Positions 12,252 to 25,400 of a stretch of DNA of 64,000 nucleotides are shown piece after piece. The notes beneath the pieces were generated by a model. It was not told the origin of the DNA, made no database searches, and worked only from the letters and a program-made list of their open reading frames with translations. Every line of letters starts with the position of its first letter. Within the stretch, counting starts at the first letter, position 1. The DNA comes from Moniliella sp. 'wahieum' (taxonomy: Eukaryota): assembly GCA_003971905.1 (NCBI GenBank), contig RSEE01000116.1:62001-126000 (forward strand). Direction: 5' to 3'. The position numbers and the translations under genes are program-made.

Positions 12252-14048
12252 ATGTCTGTTCTCCTCCGGCCCCTTCGTCTCGGCCCCCCGGCGCGTCTTT
12301 CTTCCCGTCTTGGCCTTGGCCCGCGCAACAGTGCCGGTGTCCGTGTCGGCCGCTCCGTCCTGCTCGGCGGGCTGAGCGTGGCCGCCGCCCCCTGCCCCAC
12401 CGGCACGCTCTTGCGTACGCTGAGTAGCTCGTCGCGCGTGCTCGAGGCGCCCCCGCCCTTGTCGCCCACCCCGGCCGCACTCAAGATGACCGGCGACGAG
12501 TTTGGGGAGGACGCGTTGGCGCTGAACCAACTGCTGCACCAAGTGCGGCAAGGCACGGCGCCCATCCCGATTCCGACGCGCATGGCGCCGATGCACACGT
12601 GGGCGGAGGAACGGCGTCGGATGGGTCTGCCGTCCGAGACGGGCCAGGCTGAGCTGCGCGCCGCCGTCGAGGCATTTGAAGCGTTGCCTCTGACGCCGAA
12701 AAAGATGGCGGATTCCTTGGTCGAACTGCAGCTCAACTTTACCGAGTCGAGCAAGTTGGTGGAAGACTACATTGCCACCTCGGGTCTTATCCGCCTGGGC
12801 AAGATCTGGGAAGATTTGGATGGCATGGCGGCCGCGGTGAGTTACCTCCATGCTATGGGCCGTTTGCCTTCCAACCAAGATCAAGGGTCCCCCGTGTTTA
12901 CCGTCACGGCCTCGGTGGATCGGTTGGAACTGTTGCGGCCGTTGCGACCGCAGTGCAATTACCACCTGATCGGCATCACCATCTACGTTGGGTCCTCCTC
13001 GATGGAAGTCTTGACGGCCATTGAGGAAATCACGCCCGAGGGCCAGCGCGAAATCATCATGACGGGCATGTACGTTGTTGAGCTTCCTTCTCCTTTGTTT
13101 TTTGTGGAGATTTGATTGGGGTGGACAAAAGGAAAACTAAGGTGTGTGTTCTTGGCATGAGAACGGATTTCTGACCTATGTTTCCCATTCCCTTGCCTTT
13201 TTTTCCTTTTGCCTTCCGTTAGTTTCACCATGGCCTCGCGTAACGCGTTGACCCAACGTGCGCAGCGTGTTGCACCCTTGGCCTTGAACACCCCCGCGGA
13301 GAAACAATTGTCGGCGCTGGGGCGGGCGCACAAGGAGCGCAAGATGGCTTTATCGAAGCGGTCGTTGGAACGGCAGCCTCCGACGCAGGAAGAAGCACAA
13401 GTACTGCACGCTGAGTTTTTGCGCGACCGCGATTCGCTGCAAGCGTCCATGGCGCATACTTTGGCCAGTGCCGGTGGTCCGTTAGGCCCGCCCACGAGCG
13501 CGTACGAACCGAGTCATGGGCCTGAAACGGAACAGGTGGTGGATATCTCCACCACCACCATCTCTAGCGTGCACCACATTCATCCCCAATCGAGCAACTT
13601 TCACCTGTTCACCTTTGGTGGGACTCTGATCCGGTTTGCATACGAGTTGGCATGGATGAATGCGGCCATGTTCGCCAATGCCTACGTCACCTTCCTCTCC
13701 CTCGACACACTCATCTTCCACACCCCCGTGCCTATTGGCTCGCTGCTCAACCTCTCCTCCTCCATCACCTACACTTCTCAGCGCAAAGACCAACGCGACG
13801 GCGTCACGGACCAACCTGTCCGGGCGGCCGTGGCGGTGTGGGTGGAAATTGTGGATATGGTCACGGGCGTCCGCACTAGGTCCAACACGTTTTACTTTAC
13901 GTTTGCCATTGGCTCTACCAAGCGCCGCGTCGCGCCCTACACCTACCCCGAGGCCATCGAGTGGATCGAGTCCAGGCGCCGCATCGCCCTTGGCGACGCG
14001 TTCCGCGCTCGCAGAGATACTTTCTTGCTGCCGTCCAAGGAAAAGTAA
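12252..14048 (+). CDS. Mitochondrial double-hotdog acyl-CoA thioesterase (ACOT9-like)
   Basis: Arg-rich N-terminal presequence. Motifs SGLIRLGKIWEDLDGMAAAVSYLH, FTVTASVDRLEL, YVGSSSMEV, NFHLFTFGGTLIRFAYELA and FHTPVPIGSLL. Intron 13070-13222 restores the frame (IIMTGI|FTMASR). Confidence 0.9.
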
Positions 14049-14954
14049 CTTGGTACATAACGCATCGATGGTCCTCTCTTCGGGGCGGTACACCCCCCCC
14101 GGTCCCCTCTCTGGGACGACTCGTCTCACCTGGAGGGGTGGTACCCCGTCAAACTGCGCTCCTCCTTGCTCGTGGTAGGGGTGAGACGACTCGGATGCGA
14201 GGCGAGACGAGGCGAGACGATGCACGCACGGTTTGGCTATTTTTTCATCCATTCAACTCATCACATGCAGTACTCACCCCCACTATCCCATCGCCGCCTT
14301 GGACTGCTGCCTAGATTTTTTGTTCTGCGTCACTGTGAGATTCAGTCCCTATCCCGCATGTACCTAGAACGTGGACTGAGGGGCGTGGAGAATTTGGGAA
14401 TAGTTTGGTAGACTTGTGCGAGAGTGAAAGGATGGCAGGAAGGAAGGAAGACAGGACGCGCAGAGAGAACAGAGGTGCATCCTCGTATAGACTCTCACCC
14501 CTCTTTGAGCCAAGGTCTTTATGCTCGCTTCGTGCGCGACCGTCTGGCCGTGGTACGTGGGACGTTGGGAGAAGGTGGTACATGGTGCAGCAGTGGTAAT
14601 GCCCTGGCTGCCTTCCCAACGACAGTCGTACCGTACAATCCCGTCCCAGTTCCGGTACATGCCCACTTCCTCCCCGGGGACACTTTGGGATACACCAAGC
14701 ACCCACATTTACCGCCCCCCTCTGCCTCCGCATCTACCTAACGATCTACCGATTCGCCCCTCGGCGCGGTGAGTGCTGGCATGCATGCAGTAGCGGGGTT
14801 CAAGGACAGCTTGGGGTTGCGCTGCTGCCTGGGATTTCGTTGGCCGCTAAATTTCGCGCCGGTGCAGTGGCAGTGGTAGTGGCCGTGGTGGCAGTTGCAC
14901 GGGAAGATGTAGGCTTTTAGGTTTTTAGGCATTTTAGGCATTTTATGCTTAGGC

Positions 14955-16850
14955 TTAGGCCAGTGGCGCTGGCTGTACGTCGCGCACTTTTCGTGCGATC
15001 CACATGTGAGGTTCGTACTCGTACTGAAGCAAAGTCCTACCTTGTCCTGGGCCGGTGTAAGTTTGTGGTGGCAAGCGGCGTTGTTCGAGCAATTCGAATC
15101 CGAGTGCCGGGAGCAAGTCCATTACTTCGTCCAGCATCAACTCCACTCCGCCAGCGGCTTGGGCAGGGTCGTGCGGGTCCGACGTCAAGGGTAGCGTTGA
15201 TGGCGGTCTGTGCCACAGTAGTGGCCCGACGTTGATCCATACCCCGCCCACACGTAGCGCTTGGTTGATCGTCTCTAGGTACCGGATCACGTTGGTTGCC
15301 GTGTCGAGAAAGTAGACGGTCGTCACGGCGTCCCATTGACCTGCTTCGTCCGGTTTAGTGTACACTTCGACAAACTGCAGTGTACCGTACAGCGCGCCAA
15401 GTCAGCAACAACAATAACATCATCGTCAGTATCGTCATCGTCATCGTCATCGACATCTCCGCCTCCATCTCCACTCCTGCCTCGTCCGCCTTGACGTTCC
15501 ACCCTGGGGCGCGAGAAAAGGAGATGCGAGGGTCAACGTACCTCACCAGCAACCATGCTGAACTGGGCGTCGGGAGGCAACTGTTCGGCGGGGGCGACGT
15601 CGGGTACGCGAATGGGCTGAAGCATGTCCTTGGCCGAGGGCCAATTATTAGCGGAATGCACAAACGGGTAGAGGGTAAACAAGTGTGGTTCCGAAGCAAC
15701 GTTGAGCACCAAATGCGATGCTAGCAACATGTAAAAACTAAATTCGTTTCCTTGACTCGCATACCCACGCGCTGCAATCTCATAGGCCAACCGTCCAAGA
15801 CCTGCGCCGGGAACTAACACGTTCACTCGTCCAGAGGGCCCACGTCCCCCCACCCGCGGATCGGGAAAGTACTGATCCAAAGCGTCCAGTACCGGCTCGT
15901 ATGCTCCTTTTCGTTCACTCGCGCCTTCGCTACTCCAGTCCCGCACGAATTGCTTCAACGTACTGATCACCTTGCCCACATCTTCGCCCCCGGTTAGAGG
16001 ACCGGCATCAAACTCATCCGAAGAAGGCGAATGGGCATGGCCATGGGCATGGCCATGGCCATGCCCATGGCCGTGCGAGTGATCATGCTCATGCGAGTGA
16101 TCATGTCCATGGGAGTGGTCATGCTGATGCGAATGACCATGCTCACCATGCTCATGGGAGTGGTCATGGCCATGTGAGTGACCATGCTCACCATGCTCAT
16201 GGGAGTGGTCATGGCCATGTGAGTGACCATGCTCACCATGCTCATGCGAGTGACCATGCTCACCATGTCCATGGGAATGACCATGCTCACCCTGCTCATG
16301 ACCATGGCCATGAGCATGGCCATGCAGGTGCGAAGCGTCCGGAGCATCGGTGGGATCAGTCATCAAGCCCAAAAACCCGCGTGCTTGGGAAGCAATCAAG
16401 CTGGTCACATCGGCATTGCGTCGGATACGATCGTCCATCTCCTTCAAGCGGGCCAAGACGCCGTGCGACGGCACGAGTTGAGGATCGGTGCCTTCGGGCA
16501 AGGGCACCGCACCGCCCACGCGCCCTAGCAACGTTTGGTGCTCCCGCAGCGCAAGAAAGGCACGACGACGCACGGCGTTACCTCCCAACTGACCCCGGTG
16601 GCGACCCATGAACCCATGCGTTCAGCAAGTACACAAGAAGAAAACCAAAGCAAACATCCAAATAGCAAGCAAGTGTTAGTGTGAGAAGAACACGTCACAG
16701 CTCCCGCCGACGCAAGAGTGCCCGAGAAGCGAGGCGTACCGAGTAGGACAGGTAGGCCTCAAACGCTCGCACGACAGCCAGCATCGTCTCGGCCTCGGCG
16801 GCCTGGTCGGCGGCGGTGGGGGCGTAGTCGGGCTTGGGCTCGATGGACAT
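14955..16850 (-). CDS. Carnosine/histidine N-methyltransferase (N2227-like, CARNMT1/YNL092W family) with a His-rich insertion
   Basis: KVISTLKQFVRDWSSEGASER, SAM-binding VLVPGAGLGRLAYEIA, QGNEFSFYML, WDAVTTVYFLDTA and GGVWINVGPLLWH. Introns 16589-16739 and 15375-15541. Confidence 0.93.
16027..16330 (-). repeat. Coding His-rich tandem repeat (HGEHGHSHGHDHSHE units)
   Basis: Two exact 45-nt copies at 16137-16226 plus degenerate copies, all in frame within the methyltransferase. Confidence 0.95.
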
Positions 16851-17143
16851 GGGCGCAGCGGAGCGAGGTGGGGTGGAGGTGGAGGTGCGGACGGAAAGCG
16901 GCTGGCAGGGACTAGCGATGGGCGATCGTCGATCGATGGGGGGGGCTGGAATACCAACCCTAGCAGCAACCCTACTGGTGCGGGCGGAGCACGGATGGGG
17001 AGTGGAGCTGTGGGGGTGCGTCCTATGTGGGTGTAGCATATAGTAGGAGTAGTATCTCCGATTCGTGTGGTTTGTCTGCGGCAAAGTCGATCCCAAGACG
17101 GGCTTTTGATCGTTCAGGCGATGGGCAGCAGCCTCTTCCATCA

Positions 17144-18080
17144 TCAATCATCGTCGCCACCAGCACAGCCACCGCCACAGCGCGCACCACCACCCCCACC
17201 ACCCGGAACGCTCGTCCCGCTCCCCCTGCCACCCCTGCCTCGGCTCGAACGACACCCACGCCTGGCCCGCCGGAAGACGCAGGAGAGCACCGTTGGGCCC
17301 ATCGGCTCTGCCCTCCTCGCTTGCTGCGCCCGCCTCGCCTCGCCTGCCTCGCCTGCCTCGCACACACCAAGGTCCATGTCCACCACGCGGTACGCACGCG
17401 GCACATAGCTGGCAGGAATATGGGCGAGCAGCGAACGTAGGTACCCGTTGTCCACGTCCGCTCGCACCGACCAGATGCGGACCTGGCTTGCTTGGTTCGT
17501 CGAGTCGGGGTCGGGTTTGCCCTCGGGCTCGCACTTGGGATCAGGTTCGGGATCGGGATCGTGGTGACGTGTCTGGTCTGAGTCGAAGGAGAGGGCATGA
17601 GGAACCAAACCAATGCCGACCAACAGTTCCACCAGCTTTGCTCCACCCCTTCTGGACCCGACTCGATCAGCACCGCATCGTCCACTTGCCACCGACAGGT
17701 AAACCCCTTTGCTCTGTCCTGGCCTTTACCCTTACCCTTACCCTTGCCCTGGCCTAGTTGGAGCAGGAACAAGACCCGCACGCTGCCCAACCAGCGCGTC
17801 ACGCCCACGTACTGGCCCCAGTCATGTTGGAACTGGCGCAGACGGTGTGTGCGTGCGAGGGCGAAGGGTCAAACGAGGCGTGCTGCAATGCGGAACGGTA
17901 GCGCGCTTGTCGTCGCGCCTGGACCTTGGCATGGTACGCGCGCCGCGCTTCGGCTTGCAGGTGCGTCGTGTCCGTAGGTGATAGGTTCAGTTCCGGCGCC
18001 GCCGGTCCCATCGCCGTCCCGCTCTCTAGCGCCGCAAGGCACATTTGCTTGTACGCTTCGCGCGAGCGGGCGAGCGACAT
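17144..18080 (-). CDS. Hypothetical protein, frameshifted
   Basis: Coding-like segments MSLARSREAYKQMCLAALES..., GVTRWLGSVRVLFLLQLG...RWQVDDAVLIESG and VRIWSVRADVDNGYLRSLLAHIP join across frameshifts. No family recognised. Confidence 0.45.
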
Positions 18081-18342
18081 GCGGGGCAAGCGTAGTGGCG
18101 ATACTGACTCGAGAGGGGGGATAGGTGGAGGAACAAATGAATGGTCGTACCGATTGGGAAGTGGGGATTGTCGATTGGGGATTGGGGATTGCCTCTTCCT
18201 TGCGCGTAGGTCCAATTGAAATTACGCCTCTGATCAAATCGACTATCGCCTACGTTAAACCTCTTTCGTTTCTATTCGACCTCAAGCCGGCCTTAGGCCA
18301 TACCTCTCCGATTCTCAACATCTCGTCTCGTAGCTCATGCAG

Positions 18343-20103
18343 TTACTGCAGCTTGTGCGCACTGACCCGCGCTCCATCCGCCGCATGGGCCACCACCGTG
18401 TGCAGCAGCGTGCGCTTCGCCTCGCCCGCATCGTCCGCCGCGAGCTCGGCATACGTCGCCGCATTGAACACGAGTGCCGTTGCGCCTGCCGTGGCACGCG
18501 CCGGGGGCGACAAGTCCGGTTCCCTCTCTGCTGAAACGGATGGTGCAAACGATGGTGCGAGCGATGGTGCAGACGAGACATCCGACAACAATTGCCATGC
18601 TTCCGCCGCTGCCATGCCGAGGTGACCAAGGAGGAAGGCAGACGTACTCGCGTTGGCTGCCACGCCCCTTTGTTCCGCTTGGCTGTCGACGTCGGTCCCG
18701 GTTTCAGTGCTGGACAGGACGCGACGTACGCTCGTGAGCAAACTGCGCCCGCCCGCCGCATCGCCCCGTGCGACAAGGACCAACGCATGCGTCGCATCCA
18801 CACGCGCGAAGGCGAAGGAGACGCCGCTGCGCGGGATCGGGAGTGGGTGGGTTGTCTTGCGTGGCTGGGGATGGTGATGGGAAGGGGGAGGGGGACTGCA
18901 TTTTCTCTTTTTCTTTTTCTTCTTGTTCTTCTTCTTGGTGCTGGAGTACATGTCGGGCTTGGAGACAGAGCTGTTCTGCCTGCCCCACCAGACCTAGCAC
19001 AATGTACATCCGCGCCGCTAGACACAACAACCACCCGTCCTTCGTCCCCTTCGCTGCCGGCCCTTGTACCGTCTCGTCCAACATGGCCAGCGCCGCACGC
19101 GGATCCCGGCTTTCCAACAACAACCCCACCAATACTAACCGCAACCGCTGCGCTCGATCCGACCAGGTGGCACGCACCACCTCCCTCGCCCTCGCGGCCT
19201 CCGTCTGGCTCTTGGCAGTCGTCGTCGCCGCCGTGCCGGATTCGGATTCGGATTCGGGGTTGGCGTTGGCGTTGGTGTTGGTGGGGGCAGCAGTAGGGGT
19301 GGGAGTGAGGGTAGGATCGGCGTCTTGCGACACACGATTCGCTTGCTCCAGCGTCCAGCGGTGCAGGTCGGCCACACGCACCAGCGCTTTGGGCAAGTCC
19401 CCGGCAAAGCGGGGACAGCGCGCATGCAACACCCGTAGCGAAAAGGGAACCAACGGCGACGCGGCCAATGGATACGACGATTCCTTTCCGGCCGCATCAG
19501 ATTCAGCCCCAGCAGGTAACGCCACGCGCCATAGCACCGACCACAGATGGTGATCCTCCGTCACAATCAGCGACGGCGACCGCAGCCGAATCAGCGCAGC
19601 CAGACGCACATGCCACCACTCCAACATGGCCACCAGCGTGCCTGCCATCCCGGGAGGTTCCGCGGACGTCCCGGGCGTCGTCCTGGGCGTCGTCCTGGGC
19701 GTTGTGATGGTCGCACGCTGCGCCAAGCGCTCAATCTCCCCTCGCGCCGTCGCGGCCAGCGCCCGGAACTTGCCCTGCCACGCGGCCTGGGGTGCGGGGG
19801 GCAGCGAGGCGAGCCAGGCCTCGGCACGCGTTCCCCCGGTGGGCCATCGGGCACGGGCGCACTGAGTGCAGGCGCAGGGTCCAGGTGCGCTTGGGCCAAC
19901 GTGCCCAGCGCATCCACCCGCGGCACATCGGTAAACATTGTGGCGCCCCCAGCTGTGCTAGCCACGCCGCGGACGCGGTGCTGCTGCTGCTGCTCATGGT
20001 GGGCGGATGGGCAGGAGGGAGGTCCTGGTGGTGGTGGTGGTGGAGGCAATCGGCCGGTTGGTTCAGAACCTGGCGAGGGCTGGGAGCCACCAGCAACAGG
20101 CAA
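18343..20103 (-). CDS. TRAPP complex subunit 12-like TPR protein, frameshifted; start uncertain
   Basis: LEWWHVRLAALIRLR, VPFSLRVLHAR (TRAPPC12 has VPFSMRILHAEL), ARMYIVLGLVGQAEQLC and C-terminal LVFNAATYAEL. Confidence 0.7.
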
Positions 20104-20149
20104 GGTTTGGTTGTCACTGGCGATGGTTCTTGCGCGGCTACGACAGCGC

Positions 20150-20216
20150 GACGATTACTACGACTACGACTACGACTACGACTATTACGAGTGCTACGAC
20201 TACGACGATTACGACT
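20150..20216 (+). repeat. (CGACTA)n hexanucleotide repeat in the divergent promoter of the TRAPPC12-like gene and HUT1
   Basis: Visible tandem gactac/gattac units. Confidence 0.8.
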
Positions 20217-20479
20217 GGTCCGAATTAAGGGCAAGCGTGAGAGTTGCAACACTGAATATTGCACGCACCACCACCAGCGCAACACGTGTCACATCCGACG
20301 CAAGTGGATTCCCGCGTGTGGCAGATCACCTCGCTTTTCCGCCACTTCTTTTTTTTCCGCGGCACCGCCCACGTGGCCAGCAGCACCACCACCACACCAC
20401 CACCACCACCACCTCCTCCTCCTCCTCCTCCTCCTCCTCCCCGCCCCATCTTCCCTTCGCCCCGGGTGCTGTCGCCGCC

Positions 20480-21805
20480 ATGTCGCTCGCTGCGCTGGGC
20501 GTGTGCCGGCGCCATCTACACCTTCTTTCTCGCCTGGGGTCTTCTCCAGGAACGCATCGGCACCTACCGCTACCCCACCTACACCGACCCCGCCGTCACC
20601 GCACGCTTCCCCACCCCGCCTTTCTCAATGCCATCCAGTGCGTGGCCTGCGCCCTGTTCGCCGCCGTCTACCTCCTCCTCTTCCCGCCCCCGCTGCCCTC
20701 CCCACCGCCCGCCCCCCGCTCCCGCCGCGTCCTGCGCATCTTGGGCCTCTCCGCCCTCACCCACCAGGGCGCAGCCGACGCACGCAAACCCTCCCCCGGC
20801 ACCAGCACCAACAACAGCACCAGCACCAGCACCGCCAAGTCGCTCGACGACGACGCGCAAAAGACACGTCGCCGTGGCTTGCCACCGCTGCTGGTGCGCT
20901 ACCTCGCCATCAGCCTGTTGCAGTCGGTCGCGAGTCAACTTGCATTTGGTGCGTTGGCATGGGGCGTGTCCTACCCGATGCTGACGCTGGCCAAGAGTTG
21001 CAAGTTGGTGCCGGTGATGCTGATGAACGTGCTACTCTACCGCCGTCGGTTTGCGCCATCCAAGTACTTGGTAGTGGGCCTGGTGACCAGTGGGATCTGT
21101 CTGTTCATGCTCGGTGCGCCGCCCAAGCGGGCGTCCTCGACGTCGGCGGCTGGGTCGGGAAGTAAGGTCCCAAGCAGCTCGGTGGTGGGACTGGTCTGTT
21201 TGCTCGCGAATTTGGCCATTGACGGCGTGACCAACTCGACGCAGGACGAAGTGTTTGCGCGCTACGCCGTGTCGGGTCCACAGATGATGTTGGTGATGAA
21301 CGCCATTGGCGCCGCATTGCAACTTGTCACGCTCTTGCTCCCGTCGCCGCGCGCGGTCCTAACGGCCGCCACTGCCGCTCTGTCGTCGCCATCACTATCA
21401 TCATCATCGTCCTTGTCGTTATTGTCATGGTCGTCGATACGGGCGACGCTGACGAGCGGACTGGCGAGTTCCGAGATGGGTGTAGCGCTCCAGTTTGTCC
21501 GGGATCACCGCGACATTGGGCGGGACGTGGTGGGGTACGCGCTGGCCGGATCGCTGGGACAAGTGGCGATCTTTGAGACGCTGCATCGATTTGGCAGTCT
21601 CACCTTGGTCAGCATCACGGTGACGCGCAAGTTGTTTACAATGTTGCTGAGCGTGGTGTGGTACGGTCACCGGCTCACGCTGCTCCAATGGTTCGGCGCA
21701 GCAGTGGTGTTTGTCGGGATTGGGATTGAGGCACAGCACAAACGCTCTGAAGCGCGTGCTAAAGCTGCCGCGACCAACTGCGCCACCGCGAAGAAGGTCA
21801 AGTAG
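20480..21805 (+). CDS. HUT1: UDP-galactose/nucleotide-sugar transporter (Hut1/SLC35B1)
   Basis: AIYTFFLAWGLLQERI, SYPMLTLAKSCKLVPVM, DGVTNSTQD, FGSLTLVSITVTRKLFTMLLSV and a C-terminal KKVK ER-retrieval motif. Frameshifts near 20500 and 20610. Confidence 0.92.
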   Translation: MSLAALGVCRRHLHLLSRLGSSPGTHRHLPLPHLHRPRRHRTLPHPAFLNAIQCVACALFAAVYLLLFPPPLPSPPPAPRSRRVLRILGLSALTHQGAADARKPSPGTSTNNSTSTSTAKSLDDDAQKTRRRGLPPLLVRYLAISLLQSVASQLAFGALAWGVSYPMLTLAKSCKLVPVMLMNVLLYRRRFAPSKYLVVGLVTSGICLFMLGAPPKRASSTSAAGSGSKVPSSSVVGLVCLLANLAIDGVTNSTQDEVFARYAVSGPQMMLVMNAIGAALQLVTLLLPSPRAVLTAATAALSSPSLSSSSSLSLLSWSSIRATLTSGLASSEMGVALQFVRDHRDIGRDVVGYALAGSLGQVAIFETLHRFGSLTLVSITVTRKLFTMLLSVVWYGHRLTLLQWFGAAVVFVGIGIEAQHKRSEARAKAAATNCATAKKVK

Positions 21806-22173
21806 GTTCTAACCCCCCCCCCGCTTCCTCACTCTTATATTCCCCTCGCGACCTGGGGTCGATCGATTTCGTGTGTCGTTGGTAGGGATGCGGGGCGGTG
21901 GTTGTGCCCCATCGCAAGGTATAGTAAAGCAGGACAACAAAGGGAGACAGGAGACAGGAGACAGGAGGTGAACGTAGGAGAACACAGAAAACGTTATCTA
22001 ACTCCCATGTGTCCGAACGTACTACTAGAAAGTAGAAAAGGCAACCTACGTCTTAGCCATGCTCACCGGCCAAGCAAAGGAAAGAGGAAGTGAAGTTTGT
22101 CGTCTGCTCCGGTAGGTCAGTTTCATCGCTCAATCCACGCACGACAACCCCCTCGATCCCCATTTCCTTCTAT

Positions 22174-22245
22174 CCCATCCCATCCCATCCCATCCCATCC
22201 CATCCCATCCCATCTCATCCCCATCCTATCCAGTCCCATCCAGTC
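22174..22245 (+). repeat. (CCCAT)n microsatellite
   Basis: Directly visible pentanucleotide repeat. Confidence 0.85.
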
Positions 22246-22448
22246 CCACCAACCAAGAACTTCGACATGACCACTGGTACAGCATATGCATATGTCCATT
22301 AACCCCTCTTCCCTCCATCGGTTCCTTTCTTTTTCTTGCTGTAGTATACACGCACTTGCAATGCAACCGCTCTTCCTTTCCCTGATCTTGTTCGGCCTTG
22401 GCCTTCGTGCTTGGTGCTTGGGGCTTGTTACTTGAGGGGGGGGACAAA

Positions 22449-25400
22449 TTAGTCGGCGTTAGCCACAAACAACTTGGGCCGCGGGACCAACGTCGCAGCC
22501 GGCTGGGCATGATGGTGATGATGATGAAGATGGTGTGCTCGGCTTGAACCGGTACCTTTTCTCCTTCCACTCCCACTGGCACTAGCGCTTGTCCGGGGTG
22601 TTGTGCGTTGTTGTTGTCCCCGCTTAGATCGGCGGGCCGGGATGGACGACACCGGTCCCGGTACCATTTCCCCTTCTCCCGCCGCGCGCGTACGGTCCAC
22701 GCGACTGCCACCTTCACCTTCGTGGTCGCCACCGTCGTCACCAAGGTCGTATCGATACGTCGCTTCCGCATATGGGTCCTCCTCGTCCTCGTATTCGTCG
22801 TTGTGGCTGTGGTTGATGGGGTTGAGGTTGAGGTTATGTTGGTCGGCTTGGATCGGGTCGGCAAAGGGATCTGACGGCTCGGGTCTTGGTCCTGTACCTG
22901 CCGCTCGCCCAGCCGGGCCTGGGGGCAGGCCGAGTGATCGCGAGGCGTTCCGTGTGAGTCTGGCGCGCGCCTGGGACTGGGAAGAAGTACGAGCCAAGGA
23001 GGCCGAGTAGGACGAAGGACTTGGAGGAGGAACCCCTTGGTTTGGCATCCACCGATGGGACGTTGGGATCGGTCCGTGCGCGCCCCAAGCAGCAGAGCGG
23101 GCGGAGCGAGAGGAGCGAGAAGATGGGTAAGATCGTGACGAGCGGGAGGAACGAGAAGAACGTGAGGAACGAGATGGCATGCGATAGGCCACGTCCATGT
23201 CCCCATCCGTTCCAATGCCGAACTCGAAGCGGTCCCAGCAGTGTAGCGATGCTCCCTTCGCCCCCGGATCGGCGCGGACGAGGATGCAGACGCAAGGAAG
23301 CACTAGGCCCAGGGGGGCGAACGCGGTGGAGAAACAAGTGGAAGAGAAGCTGAAACCACAGGTTCGTCCACCCATTCACCTTCTTCTTCCGCTACCGGTT
23401 CCCCGATCGAGCCAAGGTCCAAGGTGCTCGAGATGCCCGAGACTGCGCGGCTGCAGGTGCAGGCAGTGGCACTGACCCCGACGGCGGAGACGGCGCCGCC
23501 CACAAGGCCGAGGGGGGCGCTGGATCACGAATGGGCGTGGCGGCCGACGGCGTGGGCACGTACCGCGCGTCCGTGGGGACGACGTCGACTGTCGTCCTTG
23601 TCGGGCTAGAGGGGCTGCGCGACCCCATGCACCCCGCCACCCATGCGCCACCATCGCCACCGTATGCACCACCGGCAGGGAAAGCGCTACCGTACGCGCC
23701 GCCAGCGGAGGAAGAGGAGGAAGAGGTGAGAGGTGCGCCCAGCGCGGCCGAGGTGCCGGGTAAGGGCAAGGGGGTAGGATCGGATTTGAGGCGGTGCCAC
23801 CACGTGCTACCGGACGAAGCATCGAGGTACGTCGACTGGGCTCATCGGGCGTCGCGATCGGCGCAAAGCCCAGGACGAGCGGGGGCGGAGGCGGTGGGGA
23901 CGAGTTGTTGTGCAGGCCAGCGTCGGATGACAGGGGACGGTAGCCGTGCGAGGCGGCGGAGGAGTGTTCACCGTCGCCCTCGCCCTCGTCCGCGTCTGCA
24001 TCCGCGTCGTGCTGGCCATCGTGGGGCTTGTCGTGCGAATGGGAATGGGAGTGGGACTGGGAGTGGGACTGGGAGTTGGAATGGGAGTGAGAATGGGACT
24101 GGGAATGGGAATGGGAATGGGACCCGTCGAGGGAGTGGGGAAGGGGCGGTAAAAGCGCCTTCAGCGTCGTTTTGCCCCTCGAGCACGCTGTCGAGGAACG
24201 GATCTTCGTCCACGTCGTCATCCTCATCCGCCACATATCGCTCCGCCGACGCGCTCCCACGCCCACGCCGTACGTACGGCTGCCACCACGCAAGCGCCCT
24301 CGCATCTTGCTGATCGCGCGCGGCCGCGCAGCCGTACCCGCGACCGAAGCCAGCGAACCGCACCAAACGCTCCGTCGCGGCGTGCATGCGCATGCGCATG
24401 CGCAGCGTCGCGGTCGCGCTGCGAGGAGAGGAGGACAGAAGCGGGAGGCGGATCGTACCGCCCATCGGCACCGGGAAGCGGATGGTCGTGTGCAGAGCCC
24501 CGTGGTGACGAGGAGGGAGAGGCAGAGGAGGAGGACGGGGTGTGGGTCGTGGTGGACGAAGAGACCAAGTAGGGCTGGTCCAACAGCGGAGCGTACCCTC
24601 TCTCTCTTCCTCTTGCTCCAGCAGCAGCACCAGTACCAATGCCAAGCCCCGCCATGCCTGCCTTGGACGCGAACAAAAACGGGCTAGAGTGGGTCGTTGC
24701 TCCAGCCCTTCCGTCGTCTCGCTTTCCATCAACGCACCATCGTCCGCATCGCCATCCATATCCGGAGGAGGCTTCTGCTCCGCGACATACGAGTAGGCAC
24801 CCAACGCCCACGCACGTTGGTGGCGTTTGCGCAAGCGGTACTGCCGATACACCACCACGCCCGCCGCGCCGACCAGCGCAACCGCCACCAACGATCCCAC
24901 CACTGCACCGGCCACAGCACCCTTGTCCATCCCCCCACTGGGCGGGTTGAGCTGCCCAGGTCCGCTATCGGATGAGCCGTCGCTCGAGCTCGACCCGCCT
25001 GAGGGGTGCGAAGAGTGGTGGGGGGAGCCGTGCGAACCAGGGCGAGTGGTGTCCTGATCCAGACCCGGACGCGGAGTTGGAGGCAGAGGAGTACTTCCCC
25101 CGGGCGGAGTGGTGGGATCGGGCGAGTAACTGGGTCCACCATCTTGCCAGCCTGGACTGGCCGTCGGCCTCGTGGACTCACAGTGGGATTCGCAGTGGGA
25201 TTCGTAGTGGCCGTCGCGCCGCCGCTGGCTCCGGAACGCCCGACTTGGTCCCACTGCCTCCGCTCCACCTCCGGTCCCACTGCCCTTGGTCCCGCTGCCC
25301 CTCCGGCGCTTGCGCTCGCGGACGGACCAGCTGCACTTGACCCGCCCACTGTTCCGATCGACGGAGCCACGCCGGACGAGCCCGAACCTGGAGAACCAGG

